Shown piece after piece: positions 1 through 9,601 of a stretch of 42,308 nt of DNA. A program made the translations under genes and the position numbers. Below the pieces are notes generated by a model, which was given only the letters and a program-made list of their open reading frames with translations, did no database searches and had not been told where the DNA came from. Source of the DNA: Octopus bimaculoides (lineage: Eukaryota); NCBI RefSeq assembly GCF_001194135.2, contig NC_068984.1, positions 73,953,836 to 73,996,143 on the forward strand, given 5' to 3'. Each line of letters begins with the position of its first letter. The stretch's first letter is position 1.

Positions 1-27
1 GTTATATTTCTGCTGCTTTTAAATAAA

Positions 28-28
<1 letters not shown>

Positions 29-59
<31 letters not shown>
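29..59. repeat. (TA)n microsatellite
   Basis: Uninterrupted TA run. Confidence 0.95.
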
Positions 60-61
<2 letters not shown>

Positions 62-192
62 CAAAAAAAAGAACATTACAAGTAATACCATATGTTATAA
101 AATAAATAGTGTATATAAATTAAATAAATAATTCTTGCTTTTAAAAAATCAAGGGTGACAGCCTAGAAAATTTAAAATAATGATTTCTCATT

Positions 193-424
193 TAGGTACG
201 AGGCTAACAATTTGTGGGGTGGGACAAGTGGATTAAAGCGGCCCAATACATTACTGGTGCTTTATTTCATCGACCCTGTAGGGATGGAAGGTAAAGCTAA
301 CCTCAGCGGGATTGAACTCAGAGCGTAATTCTATGCTGCAAGGCACGTTGCCCGATGCTGAGGCACAAGGCTAGCAATTTTAGAGGAAGGAGAAAGTTGA
401 TTAAACTGACTCCCGTTACTGGTA
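193..424 (-). mobile_element. SINE family C, degenerate copy plus a second tail fragment
   Basis: ctggtgctttatttcatcgaccctgtagggatggaaggtaaagctaacctcagcgggattgaactcagagcgta is the reverse complement of the family C body (gttctgagttcaaattccgccgaggtcgactttgcctttcatcc...gataaattaagtaccag). A second tail-like piece lies at 361-424. Confidence 0.75.
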
Positions 425-589
425 CAAAACAACAAATTCTGAGGTATTTATTATTATTTTGACTGACACAAATTGTGAATCAGCATGACCAAAAAAAAAA
501 AAAAAAAAAAANNNNNNNNNNAAAAAAAAAAAAAAGAAAAAAAAGTACATGATAGGAACGGGAAGAAAACTTGGAGTGTTCTATTTGTT

Positions 590-860
590 TTCATCACGCA
601 TGGAAGAAAAATATCTATCCACAGAATATATAGCCAACGTTTATGAGGGTGAGCCTTCAACATTTTAGGGCATTGATAAACTTCAACCCTAAGAAGATCA
701 ATCATTTCGAGACACAACACACCTTCTTCAGGATACATGGAAAACAAAGAAATCGCCCATAGACAATATGCTTTACAACCAGCCAGAGTTTATAAAAACT
801 TGAGGCTGGACAACTTCCTTAGCCTGTACTCCACACTGTAGTTAACAAATCTTCATTTTC
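590..860 (+). pseudogene. Degenerate LINE reverse transcriptase remnant (CR1/L2/Jockey-type)
   Basis: Frameshifted translation HFRALI-TSTLRRSII...YMENKEIAHRQYALQPAR resembles the RT motifs NYRPISLTSxxxKxxE...LExNxLLxxxQYGFRxxRS. Stops and frameshifts are present. Confidence 0.45.
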
Positions 861-942
861 AATTTCTCTATGATTTCTCTGCCAATCACCAACTCAAATT
901 CCACACAAACATTTGCTGTGTGTGAATAGATAATTGAAAAAA

Positions 943-1000
943 TTCTAATCCACTGACCCCCTCCTCAAAAATTTGGGGCCTTGTGCCTAGAGTAGAAAAG
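943..1000 (+). mobile_element. SINE family C, 3' tail fragment
   Basis: tctaatccactgaccccctcctcaaaaatttggggccttgtgcctagagtagaaaag matches the tail of the adjacent full copy. Confidence 0.85.
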
Positions 1001-1015
1001 AATATTGTCATTATC

Positions 1016-1229
1016 AAGGTGGCAAGCAGTCAGAAACGTTAGCACGCCGGGAGAAATGCTTAACGGTGTTTCGTCTATCTTTACGTTCTGAGTTCAAATT
1101 CCACCGAGGTCGACTTTGCTTTTCATCCTTTCGGAGTCGATAAATTAAGTACCAGTTGCGTTCCTGGCTCGATCTAATCGACTGGCCCCCTCACTCCAAA
1201 TTTCAGGCCTTGTGCCTAGAGTAGAAAAG
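1016..1229 (+). mobile_element. SINE family C, near full-length copy
   Basis: Head aaggtggcaagcagtcagaaacgttagc, B-box-like gttcaaattcc, central module gtcgataaattaagtaccag, tail gcctagagtagaaaag. More than 10 homologous copies in the window. Flanked by aatatt(g/c)tcattatc at 1001-1015 and 1230-1244. Confidence 0.9.
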
Positions 1230-1554
1230 AATATTCTCATTATCTTTTAACTCATTTGTATGTTATCTGGGAAAGGCATAATTTCTTTTTATAGCAAGTC
1301 GAATGACTGCATAGACACACAATCGTTGTTTTATAAACACACCTGTCTTAAAAGTATGTGCATAATATTGCAAATTGTATATGTATATATATAAAACAAA
1401 TATGCCTGTAAATACCTGCCTAAATATTTCATTCATTCAGCTTTACGTGTCACAATACTTACCACCGAGCCATGTAATATAATAACTTACAATTGACTAA
1501 TTGATTTAAACGACGTGTGATTCTATTAGTCGATAGTACTGACAATAAAGCATG

Positions 1555-1735
1555 TTTTTTATCTCTTGTTTTTATCTTTTACATGTTTCAGTCATTCGAC
1601 AGCAGCCAAGCTGGGGCACCGCCTTGAAGGTATTTTTATCAAACAAATCAACCCTAGGAGTTATTTTCTTTTTAAACCTGGTACTTATTCTATCAGTCAC
1701 TTCTTGCTGAACCGCTAAGTTATGGGAACGCAAAT
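1555..1735 (-). mobile_element. SINE family B, 3' portion
   Basis: tgtttcagtcatt...ctggggcaccgcc...cctggtacttattctatcagtcacttcttgctgaaccgctaagttatggg is the reverse complement of the 3' half of the copy at 28410-28796. Confidence 0.8.
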
Positions 1736-1795
1736 CCACTAATACCGTACATTATTTACATTTGACGGATATTTGTCCTCATTTTGTTTGTTGCT

Positions 1796-1841
1796 AACAC
1801 AACGTTTCGGCTGATATACCCTCCAGCCTTCATCAGGTGTC
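1796..1841 (-). ncRNA. Minimal type I hammerhead ribozyme motif
   Basis: Minus strand reads GACAC-CUGAUGA-A-GGCUG(GAGGGUAUAU)CAGCC-GAA-ACGU-U-GUGUU. Stem I GACAC/GUGUU, conserved CUGANGA and GAAA boxes, 5-bp stem II, self-complementary ACGU in place of stem III, cleavage triplet GUU. Activity untested. Confidence 0.7.
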
Positions 1842-1895
1842 TTGGGGAAATTTCGAACCTGGGTTCTCACTCCTAAGGTTCGAAATTTCCCCCAA

Positions 1896-1938
1896 GACAC
1901 CTGATGAAGGCTGGAGGGTATATCAACCAAAATGTGTT
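1896..1938 (+). ncRNA. Degenerate hammerhead copy in the opposite arm (probably inactive)
   Basis: gacac-ctgatga-aggctggagggtatatcaacc-aaaat-gtgtt. The GAAA box has become AAAA and the ACGU palindrome is lost. Confidence 0.55.
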
Positions 1939-2603
1939 AACAACAAACAAGATGAGGACAAATATCCGTCAAATGTAAATAATGTAAATAATGTACATAA
2001 TTCCTCATCTCTTAAATATAGAACTGTACACTAATACCAGTTGTCAAGCGGTGATGTGGGACAAACACAAANNNNNNNNNNNNNNNNNNNNNNNNNNNNN
2101 NNNNNNNNNNNNNNNNNNNNNNNNNNNNNNNNNNNNNNNNNNNNNNNNNNNNNNNNNNNNNNNNNNNNNNNNNNNNNNNNNNNNNNNNNNNNNNNNNNNN
2201 NNNNNNNNNNNNNNNNNNNNNNNNNNNNNNNNNNNNNNNNNNNNNNNNNNNNNNNNNNNNNNNNNNNNNNNNNNNNNNNNNNNNNNNNNNNNNNNNNNNN
2301 NNNNNNNNNNNNNNNNNNNNNNNNNNNNNNNNNNNNNNNNNNNNNNNNNNNNNNNNNNNNNNNNNNNNNNNNNNNNNNNNNNNNNNNNNNNNNNNNNNNN
2401 NNNNNNNNNNNNNNNNNNNNNNNNNNNNNNNNNNNNNNNNNNNNNNNNNNNNNNNNNNNNNNNNNNNNNNNNNNNNNNNNNNNNNNNNNNNNNNNNNNNN
2501 NNNNNNNNNNNNNNNNNNNNNNNNNNNNNNNNNNNNNNNNNNNNNNNNNNNNNNNNNNNNNNNNNNNNNNNNNNNNNNNNNNNNNNACGTTTCCCTTTTT
2601 TAG

Positions 2604-3012
2604 TTATTGTTGTTGTTGTTGTTGGCCCTCCGTCGCTTACGACGACGAGGGTTCCAGTTGATACGATCAACGGAACAGCCTGCTCGTGAAATTAGCGAGC
2701 AAGTGGCTGAGCACTCCACAGACACATGTACCCTTAACGTAGTTCTCGGGGATATTCAGTGTGATACAGAGTGTGACAAGGCTGGCCCTTTGAATTACAG
2801 GCACCACAGAAACAGGAAGTAAGAGTGAGAGAAAGTTGTGGTGAAAGAGTACAGCAGGGTTCGCCACCATCCCCTGCTGGAGCCGCGTGGGGCTTTAGAT
2901 GTTTTCGCTCATTAAACACTCACAATGCCCGGTCTGGGAATCGAAACCGTGATCCTATGACCGAGAGTCCACTACCCTAACCATTGGGCCATTGCGCCTT
3001 TGCGTCTCCACC
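2604..3012 (-). mobile_element. SINE family A (tRNA-derived head, (CAA)n tail)
   Basis: Reverse complement of the copy at 22890-23278 along its whole length. tRNA-like head ggcgcaatggcccaatggttagggtagtggactctcggtcataggatcacggtttcgattccc, (CAA)n tail, approximate TSD actaaaaaa(a)gg. Confidence 0.9.
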
Positions 3013-3023
3013 TTTTTTTAGTA

Positions 3024-3085
3024 TAAATTTCGTAAAAGCCAACTTTATCTGTCATCCTTTCAGGGTCGATAAAATAAAGTACCAG
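3024..3085 (+). mobile_element. SINE family C central-module fragment
   Basis: tcatcctttcagggtcgataaaataaagtaccagt. Confidence 0.65.
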
Positions 3086-3162
3086 TCTAGTTCAGTTCAA
3101 TCCGGAGAACTAGTGGACTCATTAGAGCAATATCTGTACTGGCCTCTTGAGTTCTGAGGTCG

Positions 3163-4850
3163 TTTTCTTTATTTGGCACTATGGCCACAACACAGATGGG
3201 GACACTACAAGGACAGACACAAAACATAAACCGAATGACAATGAGATGTTATATAATGAAGAAATGAAATGGCTGCATGGGCCCCATAACCATGCAGTAC
3301 CATTTGAATCGTTTATATAAACTATTTACCATCGTTCACTTTTTTTATGTCTTATTCTTAATTATCTGTTTTTTTTTCTCTTTTTTTAAAATTATATTTA
3401 TAACAAAAAAAAACCCACTCAATTTTTTCCCTTCTTTTTTTGTTTTTTTTTTTCTTTTTAATACCTCATAAACGGCTCCAAATCCCTGAGTTCGATCACT
3501 GGTGGCAGCTCGTCGAACATCACCGCTACTCCGGGCGGATCAATTTTGTTTCCGCACATGTCTTTTAGTTTCTCGTATGTGACCCTATCGACCACAATGG
3601 CCTTCACATTTTCAGAATAGACATCTGTTGGTAACTTAATTCTTATAATGTGCTTGAATTTAAGAATCTTCTTCTCTGTCTCCTTATTTTTTGAGTAAGT
3701 TACAAAATTCCAATTGTTTTTCCATCTTCTTGATTTTTTCTCTTCTTCTTCTGTTACNNNNNNNNNNNNNNNNNNNNNNNNNNNNNNNNNNNNNNNNNNN
3801 NNNNNNNNNNNNNNNNNNNNNNNNNNNNNNNNNNNNNNNNNNNNNNNNNNNNNNNNNNNNNNNNNNNNNNNNNNNNNNNNNNNNNNNNNNNNNNNNNNNN
3901 NNNNNNNNNNNNNNNNNNNNNNNNNNNNNNNNNNNNNNNNNNNNNNNNNNNNNNNNNNNNNNNNNNNNNNNNNNNNNNNNNNNNNNNNNNNNNNNNNNNN
4001 NNNNNNNNNNNNNNNNNNNNNNNNNNNNNNNNNNNNNNNNNNNNNNNNNNNNNNNNNNNNNNNNNNNNNNNNNNNNNNNNNNNNNNNNNNNNNNNNNNNN
4101 NNNNNNNNNNNNNNNNNNNNNNNNNNNNNNNNNNNNNNNNNNNNNNNNNNNNNNNNNNNNNNNNNNNNNNNNNNNNNNNNNNNNNNNNNNNNNNNNNNNN
4201 NNNNNNNNNNNNNNNNNNNNNNNNNNNNNNNNNNNNNNNNNNNNNNNNNNNNNNNNNNNNNNNNNNNNNNNNNNNNNNNNNNNNNNNNNNNNNNNNNNNN
4301 NNNNNNNNNNNNNNNNNNNNNNNNNNNNNNNNNNNNNNNNNNNNNNNNNNNNNNNNNNNNNNNNNNNNNNNNNNNNNNNNNNNNNNNNNNNNNNNNNNNN
4401 NNNNNNNNNNNNNNNNNNNNNNNNNNNNNNNNNNNNNNNNNNNNNNNNNNNNNNNNNNNNNNNNNNNNNNNNNNNNNNNNNNNNNNNNNNNNNNNNNNNN
4501 NNNNNNNNNNNNNNNNNNNNNNNNNNNNNNNNNNNNNNNTTCCGACCCTCGCCAGCAACTTCTCACATTCCTTCATCTTCTTCGGATCAACCTTAATCTC
4601 GATTATTTCCAGCTTTCCTTCTTCTGTTCCTTCTCCAGTCGCGGCCGCATAACTTTGGCCACCTACCAGTGCTTTCTCCATTTTCCACAACGGGAAGACA
4701 CAAAAAACACGAACAATATCAACAATTAATACCAATAATTAACACTCAATTTTACAACAAAAAATACTCAACTTTGCAACTCACATAAAAACTCTACATC
4801 ATCGACAACTCAAATTCCAAAAAATCTGCTGCTCAACACGTCAGTCGACA
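3163..4850 (-). mobile_element. Single-ORF non-LTR-like retroelement (ORF1-only/HAL1-like candidate)
   Basis: Minus-strand ORF, then an A-rich 3' UTR, then the tail tgtctgtccttgtagtgtccccatctgtgttgtggccatagtgccaaataaagaaaa, homologous to the SINE tail at 19670-19735. The 5' boundary is approximate and no TSD was found. Confidence 0.5.
3458..4681 (-). CDS. Putative retroelement ORF1/gag-like protein, interrupted by a 782-N gap (3758-4539)
   Basis: Open on both sides of the gap. N-terminus MEKALVGGQSYAAATGEG... (ATG at 4681; an SYA-type motif is common near LINE ORF1 N-termini). About 99 open C-terminal codons ...RIKLPTDVYSENVKAIVVDRVTYEKLKDMCGNKIDPPGVAVMFDELPPVIELRDLEPFMRY*. Complex, non-repetitive codons. 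Frame continuity across the gap cannot be verified. Confidence 0.55.
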   Translation of the reverse strand: MEKALVGGQSYAAATGEGTEEGKLEIIEIKVDPKKMKECEKLLARVGXXXXXXXXXXXXXXXXXXXXXXXXXXXXXXXXXXXXXXXXXXXXXXXXXXXXXXXXXXXXXXXXXXXXXXXXXXXXXXXXXXXXXXXXXXXXXXXXXXXXXXXXXXXXXXXXXXXXXXXXXXXXXXXXXXXXXXXXXXXXXXXXXXXXXXXXXXXXXXXXXXXXXXXXXXXXXXXXXXXXXXXXXXXXXXXXXXXXXXXXXXXXXXXXXXXXXXXXXXXXXXXXXXXXXXXXXXXXXXXXXXXXXXXXXXXXXXXXXXXXXVTEEEEKKSRRWKNNWNFVTYSKNKETEKKILKFKHIIRIKLPTDVYSENVKAIVVDRVTYEKLKDMCGNKIDPPGVAVMFDELPPVIELRDLEPFMRY

Positions 4851-6123
4851 CTACTCAACTTAATTTTAACCTCACTTTTAACTCTATCACATCGACTTTG
4901 AGTGCTGTAAGTGGAGGTAAATCTATTGCAAACATTCGGAAAATCTCTGGTTTGACAGTAATTTCCTTCTTTTCCCTGAATGTATCGTAAAAATAGAAAG
5001 TAGGGTAGAAAATGGAATGGGAATGTCTGTGTAAGAAGCGATCTCAATAACTTAACTTCTTAAACAGCTTAAACCAAGATATAATGCAACAGATACACCC
5101 ATCATTTTAACAATCCTTATGCCCATGATCATCTTCGCTATTCCTCCCCCTCCCCCCNNNNNNNNNNNNNNNNNNNNNNNNNNNNNNNNNNNNNNNNNNN
5201 NNNNNNNNNNNNNNNNNNNNNNNNNNNNNNNNNNNNNNNNNNNNNNNNNNNNNNNNNNNNNNNNNNNNNNNNNNNNNNNNNNNNNNNNNNNNNNNNNNNN
5301 NNNNNNNNNNNNNNNNNNNNNNNNNNNNNNNNNNNNNNNNNNNNNNNNNNNNNNNNNNNNNNNNNNNNNNNNNNNNNNNNNNNNNNNNNNNNNNNNNNNN
5401 NNNNNNNNNNNNNNNNNNNNNNNNNNNNNNNNNNNNNNNNNNNNNNNNNNNNNNNNNNNNNNNNNNNNNNNNNNNNNNNNNNNNNNNNNNNNNNNNNNNN
5501 NNNNNNNNNNNNNNNNNNNNNNNNNNNNNNNNNNNNNNNNNNNNNNNNNNNNNNNNNNNNNNNNNNNNNNNNNNNNNNNNNNNNNNNNNNNNNNNNNNNN
5601 NNNNNNNNNNNNNNNNNNNNNNNNNNNNNNNNNNNNNNNNNNNNNNNNNNNNNNNNNNNNNNNNNNNNNNNNNNNNNNNNNNNNNNNNNNNNNNNNNNNN
5701 NNNNNNNNNNNNNNNNNNNNNNNNNNNNNNNNNNNNNNNNNNNNNNNNNNNNNNNNNNNNNNNNNNNNNNNNNNNNNNNNNNNNNNNNNNNNNNNNNNNN
5801 NNNNNNNNNNNNNNNNNNNNNNNNNNNNNNNNNNNNNNNNNNNNNNNNNNNNNNNNNNNNNNNNNNNNNNNNNNNNNNNNNNNNNNNNNNNNNNNNNNNN
5901 NNNNNNNNNNNNNNNNNNNNNNNNNNNNNNNNNNNNNNNNNNNNNNNNNNNNNNNNNNNNNNNNNNNNNNNNNNNNNNNNNNNNNNNNNNNNNNNNNNNN
6001 NNNNNNNNNNNNNNNNNNNNNNNNNNNNNNNNNNNNNNNNNNNNNNNNNNNNNNNNNNNNNNNNNNNNNNNNNNNNNNNNNNNNNNNNNNNNNNNNNNNN
6101 NNNNNNNNNNNNNNNNNNNNNNN

Positions 6124-6215
6124 CACCATGACCACCACCACCACCACCACCACCACCATGACCACCACCACCACCATCATCATCATCATGACCGCTGTCG
6201 TCGTCGTCGTCGCCT

Positions 6216-6248
<33 letters not shown>

Positions 6249-6370
6249 GACGATCATCATCGTCGTCGTCGTCGCCTTCTACGTCGTTGTGGTCATCGTC
6301 ATCATGATTGTGGCTGCTGTGGACGCCGAGGTGTTAGTCGCCGTCGTTATCGTCATCGTTGTCGTCATGG
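6124..6370. repeat. Compound trinucleotide tract (CAC/CAT/CGT/GAT)
   Basis: Successive runs of cac, cat, cgt and gat at a gap edge. Confidence 0.9.
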
Positions 6371-6596
6371 AAAAGCCAAAGTACGGCAGGTAAATACACT
6401 AAGATAAGGCGTGTCTGCACGAACGAACCCAATGCCCTCTTCATGCTTGGTGTTCTCTGAGACATGTTCAACGAGCCATGTACTCGATGCTTTGTATTGC
6501 TGCATGATGCCAGCCAGCTCCTACTTTCAGCGATCTATACTCATGTCTGTGTCTGTGTGCAATTATTTCTGTTATGTAAGTCTATGCGTGTATTGT

Positions 6597-6732
6597 ATGT
6601 ATGTATGTATGTATGTATGTATGTATGTACGTACTGTATTGTATAGATATATATATGTTTGCATGTACTGTATTGCGTATATATGGGTGTGTGTTGTGTG
6701 TGTATATATATATATATATATATGTATATACA

Positions 6733-6781
<49 letters not shown>

Positions 6782-6956
6782 ATGTATGTATGTATATATA
6801 CATGCATGCATACACGTATGTGAGCATACATGTATTTATATACATAATTATCAGTATTATTAGTATATTTCTTCCTGTTTTTACCTTTTTCTTGTCAGCC
6901 AATGTACGCCTAGCTTTCATGTCTGACTGCCTCGGGCAACCTGATATCAATGTGCA

Positions 6957-6992
<36 letters not shown>

Positions 6993-7010
6993 CACACACA
7001 TACACATATA
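6597..7010. repeat. Compound (TATG)n/(TA)n/(TG)n and (CA)n microsatellites
   Basis: Directly visible simple repeats. Confidence 0.9.
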
Positions 7011-7330
7011 TACATTGATACATATATGTTTAATATGTTTGTATGTATGCATTTTTGTATATATGTACAAAAGCATGTGCGCTTTTATCTATACATGCAT
7101 GCATATACGCATGCTTGCGTGTGTATGCAGCCATGCATGTATGTATGCATGCATGCATGCATACGAAGTGATAAGGCTTTTTGTTTCGAATCTAGATGTT
7201 ACTAGAAACTTTCGAAAATGTCAGTTTGGGCAGACCTATAATAGCACTTCATTCATAACTGTCCCGTCTTTTCTAAAATTATCCATAACTTAGTTATCAC
7301 TAACTATATTATCTTTAACGACATTAATCT

Positions 7331-7508
7331 GGCGAGTTGGCACGCCCTGCAAAGTGCTTTGTCTCTCTTTATGCTTTGAGTTCAAATTCCTCCGATGTCG
7401 ACTTTGCCTTTCGGGGTCGATAAAATAAGTACCAGTTGAGTACTGGAGGGTCGATGTAATCGACTAGCTCCCCCAACCCCACCAAAAATTTTAGGCCTTA
7501 CCAGAAAG
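7331..7508 (+). mobile_element. SINE family C, internally deleted copy
   Basis: ggcgagttggcacgcc...gagttcaaattcctccgatgtcgactttgcctttcggggtcgataaaataagtaccagttgagtactgg...aaaattttaggcctta. Confidence 0.85.
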
Positions 7509-7841
7509 TTTTATTTATGACTACATTATGCGGTGCATCCTTTCTTTTTAAAATGCTAAGATATGATTCAATGAATATTTGGGTGCAATTTCATTGCAAT
7601 TTACCATAAAGTCATTGGGTTATTGCAGTTTTGTGTTGTAAAAAATTATAAGGTATGGCTTCAAAATGCTACCATATGTTTTTCTACTTCTAGTAAATTT
7701 TTGTTTGTGCTGTACAGCCATATTCTGTTTCACATATTTCAGTATTCGAATATTAATTGCTCAATTTGGTAATTTCCGTGTAATATTCCATTGTGTTAGA
7801 GGTTAAATTGCTTGATTTTCCTGGTTATTATTATACTTATT

Positions 7842-8028
7842 AAGGCGGCGAGTTGGTAGCTTCGTTAGCCTCTCAGACAAAATGCTTGGCAGCATTTCTC
7901 CCGGTTCTTTACGTTCTGAGGTTAAATTTGCCTTTCATCGTTTCGAAGAGGTGCAAAAAAATGTACCTGCCTGGGGTCAATGTCATAGACAAATTTTAGT
8001 TTATGTGTCTATAGTAGAAAGGATTATT
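7842..8028 (+). mobile_element. SINE family C, degenerate copy
   Basis: Head aaggcggcgagttggtagcttcgttagc directly after ttattattatacttatt; tail atagtagaaaggattatt. Confidence 0.8.
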
Positions 8029-8388
8029 AGTTTTATTAGTTTTTCTTCCTTTAGTCGAGTATCCTCTTTTCGTTATGTATCCCAGTTCGAACATATGTTT
8101 GGCTGTTTGACTATTTAAATGGAAGAAGATATAGACTTATAACTAAGAAACCTGGATGAAAACTTCACTGTATTTAGAGCTTCAGATGTTTCATTCTTCT
8201 ATCTAGCTAAGGGATACAATTTGATTTACAGCAATTGTGTCTATTGCTGGAGATAATATTTAAATCGGCTCTGATCTACTATATCTCTACTCAAAGTTGT
8301 TCTGGCTGTGATCATCAATTCTTTTATTTCTAGATGCAGTGTAAACGAAGACTACATTTTCAGATATATTACAGATATTACATGGTAA

Positions 8389-8392
<4 letters not shown>

Positions 8393-8456
<64 letters not shown>

Positions 8457-8482
8457 TGTGTGTGCGTGTGTGTGTGTGTGTG
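8393..8482. repeat. (TG)n microsatellite
   Basis: About 90-bp TG run. Confidence 0.95.
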
Positions 8483-9601
8483 ACCGATTTGGTATGATTG
8501 GATACGACTGTTTTTGAAGGACGATATTGTAGTCGTATGCTGAAAGGCATCAATGTGCCTCAATGTATGAGGTGATCATACCTCTATACTGGTAAAAACT
8601 ATTTTACCATTTTGAGTCGTAAAATAAAGTACTCTTTTCATGTCAAGAATGTTTTTTTGTTTTTTTTCCATTTTGAGGGGTTTGCTTCATAATGAATGCA
8701 ATACATGTATGGGAGTGATCAGCAGGCTGTGATGGTAAAAGTTTGTTATTCTATGAGTGTTAGTTTCATGTTGTTTGTAATTCATGAACTTTTGCATAGA
8801 AATTCGAAACCCAGATATGTTTAGTATCTTCTATAATGAATCTAATGTATTCTCTGAAAACGAATGTTTTTTCCTGTTATCCAAATGTGAGCTAAATATA
8901 GTTACGGGCTGTTGCTCCCATTTCTGCTGTAAATTTTATGAAATTTCCAGTTTTTCATGTGTTTGTGTCATGGTTGTCGTGCAATGAGCTGCAAGAGGTT
9001 CTTAGGTGCGCTGTGGATTTTACTTCGAAAATGTAATATAAAGTTTTTTTAAATATATATTAAATCTTCATCGTCTATACACTAGAGGATTATTAAAGAG
9101 AATTGAAAAATAAATAGGACAGATAAGAGTTTCTATATTTTTTTATTGATTTTATAACTAAACAAAAAAAGAAGAAACAATTTTTTAAAATTCCCGTTCG
9201 AAGTAAGTCAGTACCATATTTAATCTCTGGTGGGTCAATAATTGTTTATTTAATCTCCATGAAGTCAAAACGACTGAGAACAACTGGTCTGTGTTGTTGC
9301 GCGTGAGAGTTGGTTACATGTGATTTTCTTAAATGTTTCTTATAGCAACAGAAAAGGGAAATGGCCAATGATATTTTACATCTATTTATTTGAAGCTAGC
9401 TTTCTAGGTAGTTGATGTAGGCTTCGTGTATTCGTGCTGCTTTGTTTGTAAGATGGTTGGCGGATGTCAGTGAGATGTAATCTGCGCTTGAAGAGGAGCG
9501 TTCATTTGTGGAAGTGTGGACCGTTGTATAGGCATAGGTTAATAACTAGTTGGTAAGAGGAGCAATCTTTGTTATCTCATTAGGGAAAGTTTAGATTCTG
9601 G

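Larger units (their letters stand above)
1747..1996. mobile_element. Palindromic element with ~115-bp inverted arms (Penelope-like/retrozyme-like terminus)
   Basis: Left arm 1747-1860 is the near-perfect reverse complement of 1876-1996, with a 15-nt centre. The arms contain a hammerhead core motif. Confidence 0.8.

Noticed and set aside
1739-2034. Two short ORFs on opposite strands sharing PKTPDEGWRVYQPK
   Set aside because: The shared peptide simply reflects the inverted repeat. No support for coding function.
6411-7293. YI/CV/HT-repeat ORFs (also 23941-24346, 31677-32045, 32650-33545, 38110-38606, 39313-39876, 41958-42231)
   Set aside because: These are translations of di-, tri- and tetranucleotide microsatellites.
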